From the NCBI GenBank assembly GCA_013239625.1, contig MU054220.1:7289367-7353366 (forward strand): 64,000 bases of DNA, written 5' to 3'. The position numbers and the translations under genes were made by a program. A model generated the notes under the pieces. It was not told the origin of the DNA. It did no database searches and saw only the letters and a program-made list of their open reading frames with translations. Below are positions 52,216 through 64,000 of the stretch, one piece after another. This DNA is from Lama guanicoe (lineage: Eukaryota). The number at the start of each line of letters is the position of its first letter. Position 1 is the stretch's first letter.

Positions 52216-53827
52216 GAGTAAATAAATGAGAATCCAGCTTCCAAGTGGCTGCATTTGCCGTGTAATTCCCTCTTTTGTGGTCATTAGGGGGAAACAAAGA
52301 AATCACTGATTACAGTCATTTCCATTATCTGACGTGTCATCACCAAGGTCTCCTCACGATGCAATGTTAACCATGTTGAGGTTACTTGAAACCGGTTCCA
52401 GTTGCAATTAGGAGGCCATCCCTGCTATCTGAGTTCTGATTAAATGACGTTGCCTGGAAATCACAGAAAAGTCTACTCTGTTTCCTCCCCTTGCTCAGCT
52501 CTCATAAACACAGACTCAATTAAAGAGTTTCCTTATCAGGTTTTTGTGGGTCATTTTGGTGAATTTATTGAACTCTTAAGTCATGCTGGAAACTGGAAGG
52601 CGGTGGCCCTGAGATCTTCAGTGAGAGCCAGGACTAGATGTGTGGGACTTGCTCTGACGTTGTAGATTGTCCGAAATACACAGGAGGGAAAGCAGCCGCG
52701 ATGGCTCGGGAATCCAGGTTGCCTGTGACGTGTGAAGGGAGTCTCACCAAGTGAAAAATCGCAGACCAGCGGGAGGAAGATCATGCTGTCTTGTCCACCT
52801 ACATTTTAGGTACAAAGCAGAGCTAGTCCAAGCCTTCTTTATTTCAGACCTCAGTTATTGAAATAATTTTATAGTTAACCGTGAGACCTTACAGTGCGCT
52901 CGTTCCTATCCGTACTCTGTATTGTTGCAAATTTGCTTTTCTTTAAATACTCTTTTCATTGTCCTGTTCCCTTCCAGCAAAAGGAGAAAAATCAAGTCCC
53001 TACAGCCCATCTCATGAGCCTAATATAGAATTTAAATTCCCTTTGTCTATTTTTCATGATCGGGTGTCATCTTCCTTACCTACCTTCCCCCACTGGTTTC
53101 CAGTATGTATTCCTGGTAGAATCAGGTTGTGCCTCTCTTTGCCCCTTGCTCATGCTCACTGCCATGTGTTTCCCACCCACCACATGCCTGTTTTGCAACC
53201 ATCTCTTTCTTCTCTCTCTCTCTTCTCTCTGGAGTATGTGTTTTCTATTACGTGTTCCTGCACCACACTGTGCATTTCCCCTAGCTCGCTCTGCTGTGTT
53301 CTGGTTCTGTTTACTTGTTAAAGAATCCCACTGCACGGTGAGATTCTTGATGCCAGACACTTGGCCCTGGGTGTCAAGAACTGAAGACTCTGCTTGACAC
53401 TCGGTAAGCACTCAGCAAATATTATTGAAGGAATGTTTTTCTCTCTCTTGGAATGCCAGGCCTTTTGCTTATCCAAATGTACACATGCTACTAAATCTCA
53501 TGTCCACATCACCTTCATGGAATCCTTACAATTTATTGGTTGCCTCTGAACACCAGCCTACTTGGAATTATCCACACAGTCACATACACATTCACGCAAG
53601 ATAACACACTGGCATTGGCGTGGGACCATTATTTATGTTGGGGATGTCTTAGCCCAGCGTTTCAAAGAATCAGCGTTAAGCAGTTACAGAGTGGAACAAG
53701 TTCCTTTGTAGGTAAATTTCATACAGTTGTTGGTGAACATACTTAAAATCATATATTATTAGAGCTGAAATGACCTTAAAGATTCTCTTTCCCAGCATCC
53801 TACTATAAAATGAGCCCCAGACATCCA

Positions 53828-53870
53828 TCCATCTATAATCTATCTATCTATCTATGTATCTATGTATCTC
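53828..53870. repeat. (CTAT)n-like degenerate microsatellite
   Basis: Direct reading. Confidence 0.8.
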
Positions 53871-55322
53871 CTTCCTAAGGATTAACGAGCAGTTGGGAGT
53901 TGGCTATCAGCTCCTCCCAGCTAGTCATCAACCCAAAGGAAGCATGGTCATTAACTGCATGATCAACTTTTTGAAATCAAATCCTTCTCTACTTACCTTG
54001 CCAAGGACTTACGTTTAAGAAGGGCTTTTTGGATTTTCCAAAGCTTCTTTAATTACTTGCCCTTCATTAACCTGGACAGAAAATATATATAAATATTAAT
54101 GCACATATATAAGTATATATAAAAGGACCGATGTTAGCCCCTGTGGACTGACAGGAGAAAGTCATGAGGAGAAAAAAATAATTTTTCATATTTTGATTAA
54201 ACATTTGAAGACCTCCACTCTCTTTTATTTGCTTTCTTTTTAACCCCCTTTTCAAAATGAATGTCTAGAGAGAATCATTCTATTGTACATCCTGAGAGGC
54301 CAAAATTCTTGTCCAGTTTTTGCGATTTAACTTCCTCCAACATTATATTTTTTTGAAGGGGGATTCTTATTGGGGTTTTGGTTAATGGAATATTTTTTCT
54401 CTCATTCCTGTTATACAGTTGATCTTCACTAATAATAATAAACATGCTATGTATTTTCTTCTTTGGCATCAGTCATGATCACCCCAAATATTCTAAGAGA
54501 TAGAAAAACATTAACAATTCAGCTACACTATCTCAGTGCATTTTCCTTTGAGGAATAAACTATGGCAAAATGAAGGAAAATTCTGGAGCAGAGAAGTCCC
54601 CATTTCTTTTTGGTTGAGGAAGCTCAGGGCCCCACTTCACCATGCAGTATCCTGAATCTGACACTGACACAAGTTCCTTAAAGAAATGACAGCATGTGAC
54701 AAACTGTCCCCCGAGTACCAATGTTTCAGGTATGTGACAAGGATCATTATCACCAAGGAAGACTGCATTCCAAGACCTTTCCCAATGGACATTCGTCTTG
54801 AAGAATTTACTCAAGACCTGGGTCTAGTCCTTGGCTTTTTACCCTCAGAAGTGCAATTTTGGTAGCTCATCATAAGGGGGTTGTAGTCACACTCACTAAA
54901 CACATAAGAAATGGATATGTAGAAGAGAATGCCAATTTGCTAAATTATAGTTAGAACTCTAACAGATCCTTCAAGTACTTCAGTCTGTCAAAGCTTTCCA
55001 TGTAGAACTTAAACTTTTTTGGAATCCTAAATCTCTTTGCAAATGTGATGATAAAACCAATGAATAATCTTACTACAAAAATACACAATCACATTTATAC
55101 AAAAATTTGCACATAATTTTAAGAGATTCACAAATGGTTTAAAATCCATTTATGAATGTCTTAGGAGCCCATCAACTGAGCTATGCATTTTCATGGAAAA
55201 GAAAATTATAATTAAATAAGGTGGTTGTTGAGAAATCAAACGAAGAAATTATGATTATATGATTCAAATTGCTTTAGCATCAGATTATAATAGTCTGATG
55301 TATCAATCGTTCTCCATAATTG

Positions 55323-55979
55323 TGATGCAGGAAAAATGGATGTGGGGTGTGAAGTGGGCCATGTCCCAGGTCTCAGCTGAGTCGCTGGGATGTGCCCTGC
55401 CAAGTGTGGGTCCTTGGCTTAGTGCAGGAAAGAAGAATTCAAGAGCGAGCCACAGTTGAGTAAAGGTACATTTATTTAGAGAGATACATACTGCATAGAG
55501 TGTAGGCTGTTTCAAAAGGCAAAAGAAAGGCCAGGAGGTGGGGGGTTGGGTGCTCAGATTAGAGTAAAAGTAGCTACACACTCCGTAGACAGAGTGTGGG
55601 CTATCTCTGAAGATGAGGGAGCAACAAGCGGCCACAAGGCGCGGTGCTGCCAATTTTTATGGACTCAGTAGCTCCATGCCTCCATGTGGGAGGACTATTC
55701 CAGCTGCCCTGAGGAGGGGGCTGGGATTCCCAGGAACTGGGCCACCGCCTACTCTTTAACCTTCTGTGGTTAGCCTTGGGACTGTCATGTCTGTGGACAT
55801 GTCATTTATCATGCTAATATGTTACAGTGAGCACAGAATGAAACTCAAGCTCCACTAGAAGTCTAATCTTCCACCATCTTAATCCTCAAGGCCTACTGGG
55901 GTTGAATCTTCCGCCATCTTGGCATTAGCTGTTGTCATTCCTTGAATGGCTGTGCCCTGCCCCCTTCCCTCCTGTCTCA
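55323..55979 (-). mobile_element. ERV1-class solo LTR, MER41-like
   Basis: 657 bp with TG...CA ends and a 4-bp TSD ATTG (55319-55322, 55980-55983); minus strand has a TATA-like cataaaaa, an aataaa, and an MER41-like U5 'ctcgctcttgaattcttctttcctgcac...ccaaggaccc'. Confidence 0.85.
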
Positions 55980-56274
55980 ATTGGACTTTAGCTGTCACCA
56001 GGACTGGACAAACAATAATAAAAACAATAACAAACGTTCATATAGTGTTGATGACACACCAGGCACTGTTCTAAATCCTTCCTTATTTATATTAACTCGT
56101 AGTGTCCTCACAGTTAAAGGGTACATAAGTCAAAGTATCCAGCCTATAGGTACTTTTACAAATGCAGACTACACACATTTGAATCTCTGATTTTTAAAAG
56201 TCTCCATATTTCATTAGTGCTCCCTAAGTAGTTGGTAATCTACACCGTCCCACCTTTTCTTGAGCCCGTTTATT

Positions 56275-56390
56275 TTTCCTTCCTTCCTTCCTTTCTCCCT
56301 CCCTTCCTTCTTGCCCTCCTTCCTTCTGCCTGCCTGCCTCCCTCCGTCCCCTACTCCTTTCCTTCTCCCTGTCTCTCTCTCTCTCTCTAT
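56275..56390. repeat. Polypyrimidine (CTTC/CT)n tract
   Basis: Direct reading. Confidence 0.9.
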
Positions 56391-57204
56391 CCTCATTTAA
56401 TACACAGATATTTCGTATATACCATGAGCCCAGTACTTGGATGTGTTATTTAGGATACAGCTTATTGCCAGTAAGGATAGGTTCTTAATCTAATCTTTTG
56501 TTTTCAGTCATCCTTCTATATGCTGATTTTTGGTAATCTACTTTTTCACAGTGTTAATTTCTTTATAAGGGATTTTTTGTTTGTTTTTCGGTCGAGGTTG
56601 GGAGGGCAAGAAGTTATGATTAAGCATCCTCTTAACCATTTTCACTAAGTTTTCTACCATTTTTATTTTTGGGGTTCACATGTGGATCTTATCAATAGAC
56701 CTTGATAAAATTAACAGATCACCCTGGCTCCTGACCATGAATTGAATCGTAGACTACTTTCAGTAATGCGATTCAGCAAATATTTCCTGAATGCCTAGAC
56801 ATCATCCGGTTTCTGCCTTTAAGAAGCTCATGACTAAATAGGTTGAATGCATTGCCAAACATTTGCTTTCAAACACAGATGTGATAAATGCTGTAGTCTT
56901 GGCATTACAGATACTTGGGGAAGGATGGATGGATTAATCCTGGCCAGTAAAATCCAGGAGGATCTAGTAGAAACGGGCCGTTGTAAAATTGGCTCTGAAG
57001 TTGGCTACAATTTTGAAAGAAAAATCAGGGTAGGACATTCCAGGGCATGGGAAAAACAGGAGCAGGGCTCTGAAGAGGAGCAGTAGGGAATGTATTTTTA
57101 GACCCAGAAACAGACTGCAGCCTAGACTGCACTTGGAGAACAGTGGGCGATGAGCCTGGGGGAAGCAGCGTGGCTCACATCATGGAGTGGCTCACATGTC
57201 ACAC

Positions 57205-57322
57205 CAAGGCAGGCGCTTTCAAGAGGGCACATTTGCCCCCCAGGGGACATTTGGTAATATCCAGAGACACTCTAGATTGTCACAAGTGGGGGTTGCTACT
57301 GGCATCTCATGGGTAGAGGATG
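57205..57322. mobile_element. MER20-like hAT fragment
   Basis: 'tttgccccccaggggacatttggtaatatccagagacac...gttgctactggcatctcatgggtagagg'. Confidence 0.85.
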
Positions 57323-58545
57323 TACAAGAGTTAGGCTTCTTCTGTCATCACTGGGGAACTGCTGTTGGGTTGTGGTTTCTGCGACTGTTATTATGGAGTC
57401 CTTGTGTGTTGTCACACTAAGTGTGCAAAATGTTACTCTGAAAATCTCCCTTAGGAATAATATAAAAAGAAAAGAACAATTTGGGAGATAAGGAATAGCA
57501 TGTATTAATCATTTGGTGGATCCTGAATCTGAGAAAAAAAGAAAGACCGAAAAAGCAAAAGGGGAGAAGGGAAGTTCTCATGCATCCGTTAGAGCGCCAG
57601 ACTTAAAAATATTAGCGCGAAAGAGGACGCAGGCATTGTTACAAACAGGCACATTTCCCATCATTGGAACAGTCTGATTTCATTTCCTGCAGAATGAAAT
57701 ATCAAGCAGTGTATAGATCTTGAGGTTTTAAGATTTTTTCCCCTTGGTTATGCATTTCACTAAACCAACACAGCAAGCAGCTATCGTAAAAATGAAAACA
57801 TATCCCCGAACACCTCAAACCCCACCCTTTCATTTGAGAAATCAAGTAGTCATCTATATTTCATTTCTTCATAAATAATCAACCTCAAAAAGTGAGTATG
57901 ATCAAAAGGATTCATAAACAGCCCAAAGCTTCGTACCACGGATGCTTATCTCCTGCATCATGTGAGGCCAAACAAGCAGGGAAGAACAAATTAATTTTAT
58001 TTTTAGCCTTCCCAAGTGTTCGGTTATATTTCTAGGTCTGCTTTTCTAACATGAAGTAGATTTGGCTTTTTGTTGGCGAGACAAAGTCGGAGCTGCTGCC
58101 GCCTACCCCAATCCCTTGCCTAATCCATCTTGTTCCTTTGGATCGTGGCAGAAGAATTAGGAGATGTTTTTCACCCAAGGATTTTCTAATTAATGTTTCC
58201 AATGTGTTCTAGAAGCAGGAATGTAATGGTCAAGAGACTCTTCCATTTTAAAGAAGATTTGAAAATGATTTGACTTTCTGCCTGTAAGAATTCTTGTTCT
58301 CTGCGCTCAGTGGTCTGAGCTAATGGAGCGACCTGAAAGCTCAAACTTCCCTGGTTCTGAAGGACACGCAGGTGCCATGAGCAGCAAATCATGAAAACAA
58401 CTTAATGCATCGTCTACATTGGAATTTTCAAGGGAATCATGTTATTTTAGGCACATACAGCAGAGGGCATTGTCTGGCCAAACTTAAAACAGGGATGTTA
58501 TCGACAGTAATACAGAGAAAGAAATAGGGAAGATCTCCCCTGGAA

Positions 58546-58577
<32 letters not shown>

Positions 58578-58579
58578 AC
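58546..58579. repeat. (CA)n microsatellite
   Basis: Direct reading. Confidence 0.95.
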
Positions 58580-58829
58580 AAAGCCAAAGAGAGCAAGGAG
58601 ACAGTGAAATGACCTTTATATTGCTTTATTCTCTCCAGTTTTTCTTTGAACAAAGGACTTCGAGGAAAATAACTAAAAACCAGACAAGCATCATTCCAGA
58701 AATTAGTGAAGTTTCTCCTATGTGAGTTGGACTCTACTAGATGCAAAGGAGTGAGGAAATATGACGTTATTTGGGTCCTCAGTGAGTTTATAGCCTTGAC
58801 TATCTACACACTGCTTTTGTCTGCTTGAA

Positions 58830-59710
58830 CACCCATTCATTGGTTCGTGCACTTAACAAATGTTAGATGAGTATTTCTCTGGGAGAAGATCACTAGGGTT
58901 GATAAGATGTTCCTCCAAGGAACTGAACCTTCTGTGCAGATAAGACAGGCTCTAAGAAAATATACATGGACGTATGTGAGAAAAGTATCAAATTACAAGC
59001 ACAGTGATGAAAAATTTAAGATAGTAACTTAATTGACAATGATGGAGTATCTACTGTAGGCTGGGTGATCAAGAAAGAATTTTCTGAGAAGGTAAAATTT
59101 AAACAGAATCTTGAATGACCAGAAAAATCGACCGTCTAAAAATCAAAGGACACGTGTTGCAGGCAGAGGGAACCTTGTGCAAAGGCGTGGAGTATTTGAG
59201 GAACAAAGGTAATTCAATATGATTGAAGAGAGAAGGGAAATGAAGAGAAGTTGAGGATAGGGGAGGTTAGGCAAATATCAGATAATCATGTGTTGGTGGC
59301 CAAAACAATTTACATTTTGTTCCAAAAGGGTATGAAGCTAATAGAAGCATTTTCAATTGAAGAATGACATGAATATATTTATGGTTTTAAACTTCACTCT
59401 AAATGTCGAATGAAGAATTAATTGTGGTAAAGTCATGGCAAAAGGCGAGAACTGCTAAGAGGGTATTTCAGTGGTCTGGGTGAGAAGCAAAGATGATTGT
59501 GTCCAGAGAAGGACAACGAGGAAAAGTAGACCAATCCAGTTATATTTTAATAGTAAAGTCAGAAGTCAGATGAACAGGGTTGTGCGGAATGTAAACAGAG
59601 AAAAGGAAAAGGCAAGGTGGAATCTTACATTTTTGCCTTGAGCAGTTGGATGTGTGGTAATGGCATTTTTGAAGGGGCAGGGACAGGTTCGGGAATTTTC
59701 TTTCAGTATA
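58830..59710 (-). mobile_element. LINE-2 fragment (distal part tandemly duplicated)
   Basis: 'tgatcaagaaagaattttctgagaagg...caggcagagggaaccttgtgcaaaggc...tttttgccttgagcagttgg'. Confidence 0.75.
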
Positions 59711-60111
59711 TGCTACACCATTTAATTAATGTCATTCTTTCAATATATTTATGGTTTTAAACTTCACTCTAAATGTCGAATGAAGAATTAATTGTGGTAA
59801 AGCCATGGCAAAAGGCGAGAACTGCTAAGAGGGTATTTCAGTGGTCCGGGTGAGAAGCGAAGATGATTGTGTCCAGAGAAGGACAATGAGGAAAAGTAGA
59901 CAAATCCAGTTATATTTTAATAGTAAAGTCAGAAGTCAGATGAACAGGGTTGTGCGGAATGTAAACAGAGAAAAGGAAAAGGCAAGGTGGAATCTTACAT
60001 TTTTGCCTTGAGCAGTTGGATGTGTGGTAATGGCATTTTTGAAGGGGCAGGGACAGGTTCGGGAATTTTCTTTCAGTATATGCTACACCATTTAATTAAT
60101 GTCATTCTTTC
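59372..60111. repeat. Tandem duplication, 2 x 370 bp, 365/370 identical
   Basis: Manual alignment of 59372-59741 with 59742-60111 gives five substitutions and no indels. Confidence 0.97.
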
Positions 60112-62037
60112 AATGTCTATAAATGTTATCGTCACTCCCCCTTAGGGAAGGTGCAGCTCAGAGGAGGCCAGTTTACCAAAGACTGAAGAGTAATAAATAC
60201 TTACCCAAGCCTCTAACCCATCTCATTTTCACTCTAAATCTGGTTTTTGTCCCACTAGGTTTAGCTAATATAGATAGGGTGTCTTTCTATGCTTTCAACG
60301 TTGTTTCAAGTTGGAAAGCGCAGTATATGTCATCAAGGAACCAAAAACAAGTATGTGTTTAGTAGTCCTTCGTGTATAATTCACAGTGTGGACATGCGTA
60401 GCACCAGAGATCAAAGATGCATCTTTCCTTATTCGTGTACCAGAGTTTCCAAAGTGATACCCTGCCCCCTCTGTGTGACCTGGTATTTTTTCACGTGACC
60501 ACATACAGAAGCTAATTTTGCCTTTATTGGTGTTTCATGCTCTACAGGATTTCAACTAGGGCTGATTAATTGGAAGCTACACATCTCAATAGTTAGGTAA
60601 TCAGATTGAAGATCGGTTCCTTGCAGTTCTAAAGTAACAAAGGGATGTTGATTACTGAAGTCATCTGACTTTTCCATCAACAACTCGTCACTCCCATTTC
60701 TTTTATGTACAAGGGCAGAGCCTTCCTAAAGTAATGCTGTCACCAATGCCCTTTCCTGTTCAAGAGCCTGGAGTCTCTCCTGAAGTTTCTTTCACAAAGC
60801 AAATCCAAACTCTCCTACCAGCCATGCAGTACGCCTCATCTGTGCCAGCTTCACCATCTAAATGCTACAATATAAGCCTTCTGCTTCTAGTAAGTCAGTT
60901 TTCTTTTATTTCACACCCCTACTCCTCTGCTTTTCCGAGGCATCTCTTACCTCCTCCACCACCACCCTGCCTCAGTGCAAGTCTATATCCCCTTAAGGAC
61001 CTACAGAAAATCCCAAATCCTCTTCTTAAAACTTTCTCTGATTATCTATGACTTCTGAAAACATTTTGTGGCATTTAAATATTGAATAGATTGATTTACA
61101 TGAATACCTAGATGCATATATGCACGCATTTTATTCTTTAGTATTATCTATGCATTTGTATTATAGCACCAACAAGACTGTAAAGTTCTAGAAATCATGG
61201 TCACCTTTGCTCTTTTGTATCCCTTATTATACTTTCCAGAACTTAGCAACATGTTGGCCACATAGCTTGTTTTGTTTTGTTTTGTTTCTTGCTTTTCTTT
61301 TTTTAATACATAGTTCTCTCCACTCAATGCTTTTTTTTTTCTTTCTTAAATCTAATGATATTGCAATCCTGTCACCTCTAAACACTAAACATGGATTCTT
61401 TTACTATAAAGTCGGGTAAATCTTCTAGAAAAAATGAAAACACGGACCCAGGTTTTTTGTTTTTCCTTTATATCTCAATTTTTAAAAATCCCAACATTTT
61501 GTAGGAACGTTGCGAGATCAGTGTGTGTGTGGTCAGAGAGCCTCCTGTTAACTTGACAGGTTGAGTGCCTGGGTCACAGCACATTTAACTGTTGTATCAT
61601 TTCCATTACTTTTGCCTTGAGGGTCAGCCCTGGGCATATTTACAAAATTTTTCTTTCTCTGAAAAATCTGCAGAGCCACATATTCCTGCATAAGGAGTTG
61701 GAAAGCTCAACAGATTTGCAAAATTGGGTTTCAAGTGGAGGGAGAGAAAAAAAAAAGAACTCTATTGAAATATTTGTAAGATAAATTTGATTGAGAAGGG
61801 AGGGTGAGCTAGCTTTGATAATAGTGTTATTCAATTTGTTGTTTTTTTCCTTTTCCTGTGTGAGCTAGCACTCTTTAAAATTTAAAGAGCTATCCAGAGG
61901 AATGATTACAATAGAAAGACTTCTTAGCGAGGTGGGGATAAGCCTCACCTCCTTTCTTATAAGCACCTCGTGTTGCCTCAGCTTGCTTTGTTCACCTTGG
62001 TAGGTCTCTAATATGGTAGGAAGACTAATATGAAAAT

Positions 62038-62478
62038 ATCAGAGTAGGTTTGGCTGTAAGTAAACAGAAGAATAATGAACTCTTTATACTGTAAGGAATT
62101 GACCACTTTACATAATAATAAAATACAGAGGAAAAGCCATTTCAGGAGTCATTAATTGAGCTGCTTATCACAATATTGAGAATGCAGATTTTCCCCCTCT
62201 TCACATTTTTTCCTTCCTAAGCATATCAGCTTTGTCCTCAGGCTGCCTCGCCACAAGATGGCTGCAGCAACTCCAGGCATCAAACGCCCAACATTATCCA
62301 GAAAAAGAATAAAGAATGACTCCTTCCCCGTGTTTTTCTTCATATTAGTGGGAGAACAAAAAATTCCCAGCAGCCCCTCAGCTGAAGTCTCCTCGCATCT
62401 CATTGACCAAACTGTGTCACATGTCCAGACCTAACCAATCTCTGGCAATAGGCGTGGTGCAGCCAATGTTTGCTTAGA
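62038..62478 (-). mobile_element. Old MaLR (MLT1J/K-like) LTR
   Basis: 'ggtttggctgtaagtaaacagaa...cacaagatggctgcagcaactccaggcatc...tctcattgaccaaactgtgtcacatg'. Confidence 0.75.
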
Positions 62479-62801
62479 CAAGAATTTAGCAAATTGTACT
62501 CCAAAGGTTAGCCCACCATCTGTTTTTGTGTGCCCTGGAAGCTCAGATTCTTTTGGAAGTTTTAAATAGTTGAAAAAAAATTTAAGAATATTTTGAGACA
62601 TATGAAAATTACATAAATTCAAATTTCAGTGCCCATAAATGGTTTAACTGGAACATAGCCATGCGCTTTTATTTACCTCTTATCTAGAGCAACTTTCAAG
62701 CTACAGTGGCGACGTAGAGTAGTTGCAACAGGAGACCATCTGGCTGTAAAGCCTAAACTATTTACTCTCTGGCCCTTTACAGAAAAAGTTTGCCTAGTCC
62801 T
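62479..62801. mobile_element. hAT-Charlie MITE (MER58B-like) inserted in the MaLR LTR
   Basis: 'aaattcaaatttcagtgcccataaa...ggaacatagccatgc...ctctctggccctttacagaaaaagtttgcc'. Confidence 0.85.
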
Positions 62802-63123
62802 AACGTAAGCCAAATTCTATTCATCCATTAATACTGAGTCAGCCTTTCCCAAAGCAGATGATATAGTTTTGTGATTTGGGGGAGAGAGAGATGAGAGGGA
62901 CTTTTTCTGAACAAAATTTTCTAGGGAAAGAGTAAGGATGTTAAGTAGGGAACAAATAAATAAATATATGTATGTATTATCTATATCCATATATGTATAT
63001 AGCGAGAGAGGCTGCAGGAGAAAGAGAAAAAGAGATTGAAGTTCAAGTATATTTTAAGTGAATAACCCATCTTTGGTTTTATTTAAAAAAAAAATGATTA
63101 TGAAGAATGTAACCAGCGCAATC

Positions 63124-63680
63124 TGTTGTTGAGACCGAACCGAGCTTTTTGCTTACTAAGGGAAGGCCCCATCCCGCAGAAGTCCAGGAGCGTCGCTGTG
63201 TGGAGTGGTGAAGATTAAGCCAGAATGTATTGAGAACTGGAAGTCTGATTTTTAGGGGGATTTTTCAAGGTGGGAACTTGATTAGGACCCTGTAAAAATT
63301 ATGATACAGCAATCCAGGGTTGCCACGTGAGGCAGAAGAGTGGAGAAGAAGCTTAGGGGAGACTGCCATGAATGCTTTCCAGGAAAGAGCTGATGGGTCT
63401 TTGGGCAAGTTATCGTAAGGACAATGGACCTATTTGCTTCGGCAGGAGAGCCCAGAAGAAGATAGAGACGCTAATAAAGACAATGGAAGGGCAGAGTCAC
63501 GCTGCCGTTGGTCGTAAGGTATGGTCTGAGGTCTCAGTGTCCATTCCGAGTGTGGGGATAATGGCGTTGCTTCTCAATGTTTAGGGAGGTTTGTTGCAGA
63601 TCCATATGAGTGCGAGTGTGTGGTCTGTTGAGATGGGAGGAGTGACTGCGGTTAACTAAATTTATCTTTTTCCCACCTCA
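63124..63680 (-). mobile_element. Probable old ERV LTR remnant
   Basis: About 560 bp bounded by TG and CA with LTR-like composition; no TSD found and family uncertain. Confidence 0.4.
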
Positions 63681-64000
63681 CTTGCAAACTAGTTCCAATG
63701 TCCTGACATAGTGTATGCTGACTTAGCAATGATCCTGTACTAAATACAGCATCCCCACCAGCTACTCTGCCTCATGCAGTTTCCTCTGCGTCCCTTGGAG
63801 CACTGACGCATGGGTAAGGCAAGAGGCAAGGTCTGTCGACAAAGTCAGGCTATCCTCTGGGACAAGGCTAAAAGTATTATGGTTTAATTCAAAACCCACA
63901 CAGATCCATTTGTAAATAAAGGCTGTGAGATGACATCGTAATGGATAGTGCATACCTTTAAATTGATTTCCTTTTGATGTGATAAAAACATCTTCTGAAG

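Noticed and set aside
57170..57198. 11-bp direct repeat gtggctcacat
   Set aside because: Tiny local slippage duplication with no supporting structure
1..64000. ORFs in the supplied six-frame track (60-166 aa)
   Set aside because: None resembles a protein family I recognise; many use non-ATG starts or lie in MaLR, L1, L2 or microsatellite sequence, consistent with chance ORFs
1..64000. Naming the host gene
   Set aside because: No recognisable exon; this needs an alignment to an annotated genome

Overview
Mammalian nuclear DNA, very probably camelid. This rests on four tRNA-Ala-derived SINE copies with the short 'aaacctaattacc' tail that I recognise as camelid Vic-1-type, plus cetartiodactyl-type L1 3' ends; families are named from recall, not from a database search. 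The window reads as a large intron or intergenic interval. I cannot support any protein-coding gene, and the ORF track is consistent with chance ORFs in repeats and low-complexity DNA. It is filled with ancient repeats (MIR, L2, L1M, MaLR LTRs, hAT and TcMar DNA transposons), younger insertions with visible target-site duplications (TSDs), microsatellites, and several repeat-poor blocks that may be enhancers. The best-supported unusual structures are: a 370-bp near-perfect tandem duplication bracketed by an inverted repeat, a twin-primed 5'-inverted L1, an intact MER41-like ERV1 solo LTR with a STAT-type palindrome, a ~190-bp palindromic MITE, and an isolated 39-bp direct repeat 1685 bp apart. 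I found no convincing new multi-component biological system. Boundaries of old repeats are approximate.
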